The notes under the pieces are model-generated. The model worked only from the letters and a program-made list of their open reading frames with translations. It did not search any database and had not been told where the DNA came from. DNA of 62,758 nucleotides, filler included, from Octopus bimaculoides (lineage: Eukaryota): the NCBI RefSeq assembly GCF_001194135.2. It is 5 parts of 4 records of this genome, joined end to end, with 100 filler letters (N's around TTAATTAATTAA, not from the genome) between each part and the next. Parts side by side here need not be neighbours in the genome. Positions count along the whole stretch, not along the records: positions 1 to 24,573 come from NC_068984.1; 4 more parts are not named here. One strand, written 5' to 3'. Below, one piece after another: positions 11,501 through 21,300 of this stretch. The first letter of the stretch is position 1, and the number at the start of each line of letters is the position of its first letter. Both the position numbers and the translations under genes were made by a program.

Positions 11501-11532
11501 GTAAAATCCCTCTAGAAGCATTCATCAAATGA
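1519..11532 (+). CDS. NXF1: Nuclear RNA export factor 1 (TAP), 3' half; 10 coding exons, 5' exons lie upstream of the window
   Basis: Ten GT-AG exons join with consistent phases into 305 aa plus TGA. Motifs match NXF1: TVRKKFPKVLKL-DCQDLPPPIVFD (LRR end), FLKQYYLIYDSDNRQPLIDAYH, ESRNLLK, TQHDLNSFHIDV, IRTFSRMF, IVNDMLTI (NTF2-like) and EMVSQFSAQSEMNAEYSLECLQQNNWEYEKAAQVF...GKIPLEAFIK (TAP-C/UBA). Confidence 0.97.
3214..3399 (+). CDS. NXF1: NXF1 exon, start of NTF2-like domain (DCQDLPPP...DAYHDQ)
   Basis: tgtag| and |gtaaat; 186 nt, phase 0/0. Confidence 0.95.
3970..4946 (+). mobile_element. 5'-truncated RTE-clade LINE (ORF C-terminus, 3' UTR, (GAT)n tail) in an NXF1 intron; contains an N gap
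   Basis: EVVDSFRYLG...MLHGSETW...LRWYGHVVRMDE...RGRGGPRKTW is a typical RTE C-terminus. It ends in ggacgttaaac(gat)n. Confidence 0.9.
5592..5635 (+). CDS. NXF1: NXF1 exon (AIFSFACNFNRALG)
   Basis: ttacag| and |gtatgt; 44 nt, phase 0/2. Confidence 0.88.
6502..6560 (+). CDS. NXF1: NXF1 exon (QPSLTEYSSESRNLLKLNA)
   Basis: ttcag| and |gtaagt; 59 nt, phase 2/1. Confidence 0.92.
6660..6775 (+). CDS. NXF1: NXF1 exon (RRDKHLKVGR...DVQHLS)
   Basis: ttacag| and |gtaaga; 116 nt, phase 1/0. Confidence 0.93.
7318..7360 (+). CDS. NXF1: NXF1 exon (RTLLIFSVFGIFKE)
   Basis: tttcag| and |gtaagt; 43 nt, phase 0/1. Confidence 0.93.
7901..7970 (+). CDS. NXF1: NXF1 exon (ESKGEPPIRTFSRMFITTPQQD)
   Basis: ttacag| (tandem CAGCAG) and |gtaagt; 70 nt, phase 1/2. 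Confidence 0.92.
8285..8752 (-). mobile_element. 468-bp insertion flanked by a 23-bp direct repeat; probable Penelope-like pLTR or retrozyme-like fragment
   Basis: AAATTATAATTTAGGGTATCTAA occurs at 8262-8284 and 8753-8775. The insert carries a hammerhead fold and a (TA)n tract. Confidence 0.7.
8404..8462 (-). ncRNA. Type I hammerhead ribozyme, variant with an A.A mismatch at 10.1/11.1
   Basis: Minus strand: AUUCCA-CUGAUGA-A-GGC aga GCAU uucuc AUGC aga GCC-A-GAAA-UCCGGGA-UC|UGGAAU. Stem I is a perfect 6 bp; the predicted AUC cleavage lies between 8410 and 8409. Confidence 0.7.
8849..8906 (+). CDS. NXF1: NXF1 exon (IVIVNDMLTISNATSEQRQ)
   Basis: tttcag| and |gtaaat; 58 nt, phase 2/0. Confidence 0.93.
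10158..10424 (+). CDS. NXF1: NXF1 exon, linker plus TAP-C/UBA domain
   Basis: ttttaag| and |gtaaat; 267 nt, phase 0/0; SAFKTPAPTPSSSP...VFLNLK. Confidence 0.94.
10600..11100 (-). mobile_element. Decayed mariner transposase remnant in the last NXF1 intron
   Basis: Minus-strand pieces KQKVILCV*WNCKGI and QELEGIKLIPHQAYSP correspond to mariner KKVMLxVWWDxxG and ELGWEVLPHPPYSP; many stops and frameshifts. Boundaries are approximate. Confidence 0.65.
11494..11532 (+). CDS. NXF1: NXF1 last coding exon (TNGKIPLEAFIK*)
   Basis: tttcag| acceptor, TGA at 11530-11532; matches the NXF1 C-terminus (GxIPxxAFxK). Confidence 0.94.
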   Translation, partial: TNGKIPLEAFIK

Positions 11533-11677
11533 AGAATATCTACCATTCATTTATTTATGTACATTCTTGTAAATATTTCATACTCATACAATTTTTTTTT
11601 CTGTTACTTTCCAAATGTTTATACATGTGTTATCTCTGTGTTGCTGGCATAAAATTGTGTGTGTGGATTGCAATGTG

Positions 11678-11683
11678 AATAAA
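11678..11683 (+). promoter_or_regulatory. Candidate NXF1 polyadenylation signal AATAAA (alternative at 12777-12782)
   Basis: First AATAAA seen after the stop codon; there is no transcript evidence. Confidence 0.3.
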
Positions 11684-11729
11684 AGTTTGTAGAACTTCAA
11701 CGACTTGAACTGCTATAAGATTGATAAAC

Positions 11730-11829
11730 GATGTATATATATATTTATATATACACACACACACGTTTGTCTTTGTGTGTGTGTATGTATTCATGTATAT
11801 GTACACATGCATATGTGCTTGTGTGTATG

Positions 11830-11876
<47 letters not shown>

Positions 11877-11933
11877 ACACACACATTTGTCTTTGTGTGT
11901 ATGTATTATGTATATGCACACATGCATATATGC

Positions 11934-11978
<45 letters not shown>

Positions 11979-11982
11979 TATA

Positions 11983-12024
<42 letters not shown>

Positions 12025-12225
12025 CATACATACACACATTTCCCTTTGTGTGTGAATATGTATTCATGTATATGTACACATACCTGCATGCATAATGTGT
12101 GTGTGTGTGTGTGTGTGTATATATACACACACACACACAACACACATAAGTGTATGTAATGAATATGTGCATATTTATAATTATAAATATTTACATGTTT
12201 ATATGTATACATTTGTATATATGTA

Positions 12226-12278
<53 letters not shown>

Positions 12279-12330
12279 GTATATATATATATGTACATAT
12301 AATCCCCCCTCTCTCATATATATTATATAA
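11730..12330. repeat. Compound (TA)n/(CA)n/(TG)n microsatellite with a thrice-repeated ~50-bp anchor
   Basis: The tttgtctttgtgtgt...atgtattcatgtatatgtacacat motif recurs near 11763, 11884 and 12037, separated by (TA)n(CA)n runs. Confidence 0.9.
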
Positions 12331-15077
12331 CATTTATAAAGTCTGTTTGTATCTACCTGAAGTCTGGTGCTAGTATGGAATTAAACTTTATGAGTGTATA
12401 TATTAATAATTCTAATCTAACTTGTAGGCTAAAAAAAAAACATGTTTTGTGGCATGGTCAATTAAATTGTGATAATGTCCTATTTTCACTGGAGTTTAAC
12501 AGGAAGTCTAAAAAGATCATCATAGGCATAGAGAACACACTATGTAAGTGTTATGTGTTTACATGTATATATTACTCCTATGCCAAGAGTTTTGTGATGT
12601 TATTTTGATATTAAAAAAAAAAGAAGTTTCCTTAATTACAAGGACATTCTTTGTATATGTTTATATATATTTCTATATACTCCAGTCACCACTCCATTAT
12701 TAGAGATTTTTTGGGTTTTTTTTTTGTTTTTACCTATGCCATCCCTAAGGTGTTTATTCATTTTTTTTTTCCTCTAAATAAATCTAAGGTTTAGATTTTC
12801 CTTCCCCTTTTTTTTTACATTTCAATATTCTAATTTCTGTTACCATCAGTGTAATGATATCTAATCCAACACCTCGCTTGGTTGTTGTTAAATATCCTTT
12901 TTCTTTTTATTGTTATTTTTTTCTATAGTTTTTGCTTGTGCGCATTCTCCCTTTTGACTTTTGTAGTGCTGTAGTGAACAAGTGTCATCTGTGGCCTGGT
13001 TATTGCTTAATATATATCTCCATATATATATAAAAATATATATATATATAGGTATATATATATATATATATATATATNNNNNNNNNNNTATATATATACA
13101 CCCATATATATGTGTACAAATGATTTTCAGTTTGAAATTTTTAATGAAAATATCAAAACAATTCTGTGTGTTATGGATAAGAGTTTATTGGATTGAATGG
13201 AAGAGAGAAAGAAAAAAAAAAGATTACAGCAACACATGAACCATGAACTGTGTATATAAACATTATTAGAGTAATATTAAATTATATTACAAAGATATTT
13301 TCTTTTGTTGTTATTTCAATTACTACGTTTTTTTTTTTCTTTTGTTCTGGCTGTAAAAAATCTTTTGATTACAAACATACACGTACATGCATTTTTATCA
13401 TATTTTAAGGGTTATGGTGCCGGTACTACCTGATATAGAATTCGATCATGACCAGTCTGCTGTCATTTTTTTGAAATAATAATCACATGTCTGTCTGTGT
13501 GTGTAATTTATTTCATATCAGTGGCTGAACAGTGGTGTTGCTAGTTAGATATTCAGTGAGATAATCACTGGATCATTTCATTTATGATAGTGACAATGAC
13601 AAAGGAGTATCTGTAATTCTGTGCAGACTAAATACCACATAGGAATTTGAAAATCACCAGTTTTTTAGTTTCCTTACTGATGTTTACATCCTTTGGTGAA
13701 AAGCACATACACACACAAAACCACTGGTGTAGCAATTAGCCACATGGCTGAATAAAAACTTGGTAATCTACAACAGAAGTATTAGATTAAAAAAGCTATA
13801 TGTGTATCATTTACACATTACAGATTTTTATTCAGCTGGGTGACTGCAACATCAGTGATTGCGGGAAATAAATCAGTTTTCTTATATCAGTAGCAATGGA
13901 GTTTGTCCTGGCGTGCAGTTGGTGTGAGTACACCTAGCTTTCTCACTGCCACTGCTGGATAATTTTCATCTGCAGCTCATCCATTGAGTTAATTTTACTT
14001 ATCACAATTTATTTGTATTATAATATATATATTCCATACTTCATGTTTTTGAACTTGGGAGTTTTATTTCTGAAGCGGGAATTTCAGCCTTCTTAAATTG
14101 CTGTTTTATTACCCCACAGAAAGGATTTTGGAGAAATTGATTTATAAACTCAAAGAAACAATTAAATAATTTTTATTTGTGGAAAATGGAAGTTTTTAAT
14201 GAAAATGACAAACGACACAATGACTCTTGTTTGCTAAAGATACTGAAATTAAACTAAACAATGCCCTTTTAAAAGAATGGCGTTTTGTAGCCCCATGATC
14301 AGACATTCCAGCCATAATATGAGAGAAATTTGGTTGCTATATCTAGCAGGTCTGGTGACTATTATATTAGTTACTGTTCATACATGAAACTCACTACACT
14401 GTGTTAACTAAAGTCTTTCAACTCACTATGTCACTTGCAATTAATAGACAAAAGCTCTCTCTAGGGTTGTTTAAAATCTAAAACTAGAAACCTGAGAGAC
14501 AACTTCAGCAATATCAAGTCATTCAAAGTCTTGGAAAATTAAGGCAACGCATCTTTAAAGTTTAACACTAGCTGATGAAAGCAATGAATGTTTCAATATT
14601 GTTAGATTTCATTAGTAAAGCATATTCACCTCAGTCACCTGGGCTTGGATGTGATTAAATATATATCGAAACAAGGAAAATAGTGATGCTTGTGTGATAC
14701 TGGCAAGGAACTCTTGGGAGAGCTGAACCTAAGAAGGACTTCAGAGAAGAAACACCACTTGGGCAAGTGTTTCAGCATTTAATTACTTTACACTCTAAGA
14801 GATTTGGGCCATGCCCAAGTCATGACTCCTGGTGTGGATGCTGTCTGGCCTTAGAGTATTTAGAAGGGCTGAAACGCTTGAGATGTGGGTTCCTTCTCTG
14901 AAGACCTTTTGATCAGCTCTATGGAGAGATTCTTATCAGTGTCTCTCCTTTTCTTTGGTGAACAGAATGAAGATTAAAGAAAAAGAAAAGAATTTTTCTT
15001 TTGATTTGACTAGCACATGTATTTCATTCAGGGGTATACATTATTTTGTATATTCACTTATACGAGTATCTTCATTG

Positions 15078-15302
15078 TTAATAATTTTTACCTAACTTAT
15101 CTATGTGTCCGAACCAAACAAATCTATCTGCACGAATGTGTATTGGTTGCAATTGTTGCTTGTCTGGAGTTAAAGACACAACGAAACCTCGCCAGTCTAA
15201 AGTAATCTGAGGTGCTGGGGTACACATTTTGTTGTTTATGTATGGTGGAAGATCCAGCTGGGTTATATCGCTCACATAGCTACCAAACAGTGCTTTGTAT
15301 TT
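15078..15302 (-). CDS. CBM9-like last coding exon (KYKALFGSY...KLGKNY*)
   Basis: cttttcag| acceptor; 74 aa plus TAA, phase 0. Confidence 0.87.
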   Translation of the reverse strand, partial: KYKALFGSYVSDITQLDLPPYINNKMCTPAPQITLDWRGFVVSLTPDKQQLQPIHIRADRFVWFGHIDKLGKNY

Positions 15303-18300
15303 CTGAAAAGAAAAGAAAAAAAAAATTAAAGTGATCATTAAGTAAGAAAACTGAATATCTAAAACAAGGATTAGTAACATCGTTTTGTAATGAGACATTG
15401 GATCTTTTATTTTACATTTGCCTTGCCCCTGGACTGGCTCTTGTGTGAGTGGCACATAAAATACACCATTTTGAGCGTGGCCGTTGCCAGTACCGCCTGA
15501 CTGACCTTCGTGCGGGTGACACGTAAAAGCACCCACTACACTCTCTGAGTGGTTGGCGTTAGGAAGGGCATCCAGCTGTAGAAACTCTGCCAAATCAGAT
15601 TGGAGGCTGGTGTTGCCATCCGGTTTCACCAGTCCTCAGTCAAATCGTCCAACCCATGCTAGCATGGAAAGCGGACGTTAAACGATGATGATGATCATCA
15701 TATCACACTTTGCATATAAACATATCCCTGAGTATCATCCTTCATTTTCATCACCAGTAATGCAAGCAAAAATTAAACGGTGACGCAAATGATTATCAAA
15801 GAACCATTAACTGCTCAAAGGCGATCAATTACGTTAAATTTGAAGACTTGTTTAGAGACTGTCCCTGGCTCACAGAACATCTCAGCGGCCGATTTGTGGG
15901 CTGTGGCTCATCTGTTGCTAAACCCCGATTTAGAATATGATAATTCATCCAAATCGATTCTGCAAAAAGGTCACTTATACATACATCTAAATAGTTATTG
16001 GTGTAAAATCTTATAGCAGGTTATTCTTATATAAATGGTTGTTAGAAAGGGTTTCAAGAACTTAGCGCATTTGTATTAGTTGGAGTTAAAGTGTGCGTGT
16101 GCATGGGACTGAACTCGAAACCTTGTGGCTGGAAAGCAAGCTTCTTAACCACACAGATATGCCCTGTGGGTAAAACATGCTTTGCATCCTTTTTAACATG
16201 CTTTTTTTCGTATATGAAACAGAGGACTTTGTGCATTTGTGTTATTTGGAGGTTGTATGTATGCTTTATCTTACTGCAACGAGAAGAAAAACAAAAATTG
16301 AAAAGTAACATTGAAGATGTTAGGCCTTTAAAACATTTTAGTCCTACTTACATGTAAAGATTCGAAGATAATCCCCAGTGTATGGTAAGCTGTACGATAG
16401 TCGTCTGGGATAAACTGGTCATGGTTGAAGGAAGATGATCTATTTGAACTTGCCTTAAACTGAATCAGGCCCCACCTATAAAAGAACAAGGAAAATGTCC
16501 TATGGTGCTTTGTAAAGTTTTTGTTAATGAGAAAGTTGTTGCTCTCTTGTATAGGGCAAATCATTGATGTGTTTCAGTTACCTGTAAGTAGGTGACAGGT
16601 ATACTGAGGCTAAAATCGTTTCTTCATTAATTGAAAGCAACTAGATGAAACTATAAGGTAGCATTCGCCCCTCCCCCCACTAATAATGCAAAATTGCTGT
16701 CAAAAATAGATAACTTCAGAGAGGGAGAATCTATTTTATCATAGTTTACCCTTTGGTCAGTACTGATCGATGAAAGGCCTTCCAAGCATGCTGGTCTGAC
16801 AAGTGAGAGACACTATTTTTTGACTTGGTTCTCATTCAACTTCTGACCATGCTTGATCTCTCAAACTCTACACATCTGTCAATATCCAGCAAAACAGACA
16901 AAAACAATATGACCATCAAATAAGAATCAAAATATTAGTCACTAATTTACAAAATATGCAAAGATAATGTAAAATCAACTGCGTTTCTTTTTCTTTGTTT
17001 TTTTTTCAAATTAACAAGTGATTATGCCCACCGAGACAAAATCTCTTGTAATTCCAGCAGCATGAATAAAACTTCATAATATTATAGACAAATTGTATAT
17101 ATTTTGTTGCTATAGGCTTGTCAATAAGCATGTGAGGTAAATTATTTAACACGCTATGGAACATGAATTATTCTCATAGACTAATGAACAATCTATGTGT
17201 ACGTGTGTGTGTTGCTCGTATAGCGACAGAACACTTTTCCTCGATGGAAAAAAAACCCCCCAAAAAGTCTTAACAGAAACTTACTCGTCGCTAGGAGGGG
17301 ACTTAACTCATGTTTGCAAACAATGGTGGATTCCTCCGACTTGAAAATTGTTAGAANNNNNNNNNNAATTGGAGTGACATGCGTCCTAATTTGTGGACGT
17401 GCATAAATTACATTCACGTAAACACACACACACACACACACATCCTGCCTTTTATATATTTACAGATTAAATAGACTCCAATACTTGACTGCTACTTTAT
17501 TTTGTTGATCAACGAAGGATGAAAGGTAAATCTGATACCAGTGCTGCTTTGAAATTCAAATTTAAAGAGACAGAAACCAAATTTCACAAACACATTTTAT
17601 CTGACTCTCTTCACCGTTTTCTACAAAAGGATTTTTAACAATGGCACAAGGCCACACATTTTGAGGAAGTGTATAATCGGCTCCATTACACTGAACAACA
17701 ACAATAATTGTTTCTACTCTAGGTTAAAGGCCAGTAATTTTGAGGGGAAGCAGCCAGCCGATACCACCGACTCTACTTCATGACTTGCACTATATTTTCT
17801 TGAACCCAAAAGGATGCAAGGCAAAGTTGGATCTCGATGAGATTTGAAATCAGAACGTAAAAAGCCGCAAAAGTATTTTTCCAACACTAACAATTCTGCC
17901 AGTTCGCCGCCGCTTTTGTTCTTAATTATAATACAAGGCCAGCGACTTTGAAAGAAGAGGTTAGTCGATACCATCGACCCAGTACTTCATTTTATCGACC
18001 CAAAAAGATGAAAGGTATTATTGACCTTAAAGATATTTGAACTTAGAATATAAAGAGTTAGACCGAATAATACAGGGCATTCTTTTCAATGCTTTAATAA
18101 AACTGCTAATCCGTTGCCCTTGCAGGAATAAGAACAAGAACAAGAAATGAAAATTTGTGGGAGAATGTTAGCCTATTATAAAATTGACTATTTTAGTTTA
18201 TCGATCTGGAAAGAGGAAAGGCAAAGCTGACTTTTCATCTTTACAAATTTTATGGAATTTCTTCACAAAGACCGACTATACTATTGAAGCAAGGAGACCA

Positions 18301-21300
18301 GCTATGATTGTAGAGGACAGAACATGTAAGATTACAGACTTTTGCTATACCATATAATAATAGAGGAGATGGTAGCGGTGTAGTTAGTGGTGGGTGGTGT
18401 ATTAGTCGACTTCAGCATTTGTTTGGTACTTTATTTTATTAACCTATAATACTTAAAACTAATTTAATGACTAACCTGTTTGGTAAATGTAAACTATAAG
18501 CACCAGTTGGATTCCATGACCACCACTTCGGCCGAATATTCGGGATCTGAAATATAGAATAGATATAATTAGTTTTTGAATGTTTCATTATCACTTGATA
18601 TTATATGTTTACTCATTCACTGACTCACTCACAGACACACGCGCGCGCACATTGAATTTGACAATTAGTGTTTATAACTAATTATAAAAATATTATAATT
18701 AGTGTTTATAAAGCGCAAAATGAGTTAGAATAAAGAAATAGATGTGTAAGCTTTCTAACAAAAAAATAAAGATTGCCAAAATATTATAATGGCGCAAAAT
18801 TAGCAGCTGTCAAAGTTTACCATATACATTACTACAAATTTCATACTTGACAACCTAATAATAACCATCTATGTTTCAAACTTGATATAATTACATCGCT
18901 GAAAGAAAATTTACTGGGGTATTCGTCCAGAGATAACATCTCTTATGGACGTGCCGTGTTTAAAAACATATATCGGAGGGAGACGAAAATCGTTCCAGCT
19001 GCGGATCGCCAGATGCATTTCATTCTTGTTGGGTCTTATCAATGGCGTGTAATCAAAGCTAATCTCACGTTTAGACGAGATTTGTCGTTTGAATTTGTAG
19101 GAAACGGGTAACAAGCATTCAATGCTATTGCGAATAGCCACCGAGCTGAATAAAAAGTCGTTATATGCAACGGAAGCTGTATTAAATTAAAATAGCCATC
19201 TATATATCAACGTAATATAAAATAAAACATGCTATTTTAATTCAATACGGTTTCTACTGCATAGAACAAAGTGCTGTAATAATTTTTGAAAGTCAATAAC
19301 TTATAGGAGAAATCGATGTATGGTATCTAACTGATAGTTATTTCATCGACACCTGAAAGACGTAAAGCAAAGTGGAAATCGATAGGATTTAATCGCAGAA
19401 AATAAAGGACGAAGCTAAAAATTGTAGGAGACTGAATAAATTGTGTCATCCTCGAAAAATAAAGTCAATTTCACATTGAACAACATCATTTGAGACATAC
19501 ACCCAAAATAATCGACTGCTTCTTCTTTTCTTCCCTTGAGCGATAAAATTATATGTGATATTTCTAGTATACATGCATAGATAAATACACACACACACAT
19601 ACATACATGCATACATACATACATACATACATNNNNNNNNNNATACATACATACATACATACATACATACATACATCTTGAGAAATTAGGGCTCTCAGAA
19701 CCAGAAAGGCGAAAACTAATTTTAAAAACTCGGATACAAGCTATCAAAGGAACTCCAAAAATATGTAAAACTTCCCAAAGTTTGACACATAAGTACATAT
19801 GCACATGTCTAGCAGTTTGGGGGCATGTGTTGTAACAGCGCGTCGCTGCATCTACCATTTGTTGGTGATTCCTTACTCTTGGCTTGCAACTGTATGTGTG
19901 AGTAAATACACATAAAGCAAAACATACATATTTGCACGTATACTAACGTCAAATAATAGCAAATATACACACATGCATGTAGAGCTAGTCTGTTGGTGTT
20001 GAACTGCCAATGAAAGAGCCTTGGATCTAAATTAGAAACCGATGCTTTCTGCATTGGCAAGAAATCTAGAAATTAAACTGAATAACAGCATACACACATA
20101 TACGTATATACTTCTAAAAAATAAAAATAATTATAGCATTTTATTATTGGCTGTATGGAAAGCAAACAAGAGATACCATATGATGTGCATATACAACAAG
20201 AAGACAGCAACAAAATGTGGGAAAAGACAAGAGATAAAAAGAAAAGAAATTGTATGTTCAAGTATTCGTTTTAGGTTTCAATACGAAGATATTCCTTTAA
20301 GTCCAATCAAGTCCCCACACAATTACAGACTTCTCAGATTATCAAAGGGAAGTGTGTCTCCAAGCTTCTATTCACGGGTTACAAATCGTGTATCGAGTGC
20401 AGGTTCATGCAACTTGGGCATACTCGCCACCCTCATCTAACTTTCAGGGATTTTTCTGGAGGAGCGTACTTCTCACTCCAAGTGGATCTAAGGCCTTTCA
20501 GTCGTGTCCACAACAGTGTCAATCTTGTCGTAGGCACTACAGAAGGGGAAAATTACCTTCCTTACTTGTTAAATGAAAGTTATAGAATAATCTACTTGAC
20601 AGCCGGAACCTTCCTTCTGAGTTCATATGTCAAGCCTATGTTCAAATACAGAACGAGCGTGCAGAGAAACATTTCGTCCTTTTCCACATATCCCGAAAGG
20701 GACCAGTTGACTGCGTTGCTGTGCTTGTCCCGAACCGGTAATAATTCCCACCCCTTTTGTGCATGGCAACGGAAGAAATTGGTGAATTGACCTTTATCTC
20801 AAGAACTCAAACCTGTTGATAATCCTCACTTTATAGACATTCCACCGATGGCATTGTACAAGACCCGGGATTTTTAGAGGGTTGGGTTTAGTCTATTCTT
20901 TGTGGAAGGATGAAAGGCAAACTTGACCTCGGTAAGATTTGAACTCAGAATGTAGAGCACCGGAGTAAAGACTTCAAGGCATTTATTCCGGAGCGTTAAC
21001 AATTCGGCTAATCCCCCGCCATGTTTGATTTCCATATAAAAAAGAAAATATATTTACCGGATGGTAATGATCACCATGTGCTGATGCTTGGATGTGTGAT
21101 CTATAAATACAACAGAGAGGAATCTGAATGGTTAAACGCACTTCTAACGAGTTTTTGACGGCAAAATATGCAAAGGCTAATTGCATATGAGCAATAATTT
21201 TACTTCGTGTAAAATAAATTAATTAGAAACAATTAGTGAATTGATGACTAAACTAGGCTATTTGTGAATTTATTCTATATCTGTGGTTATTCATTGTTGC

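Noticed and set aside
11630-12317. Long ORFs of YI/HT/VC repeats (also 32317-33971, 40248-40813, 42171-43241 and all X-rich ORFs)
   Set aside because: They are translations of microsatellites or N gaps.
16271-16275. Strong minus-strand acceptor followed directly by TAA as the end of the CBM9-like gene
   Set aside because: The 15078-15302 exon continues the protein in frame with a family-like C-terminus. This site is at most a minor truncating alternative.
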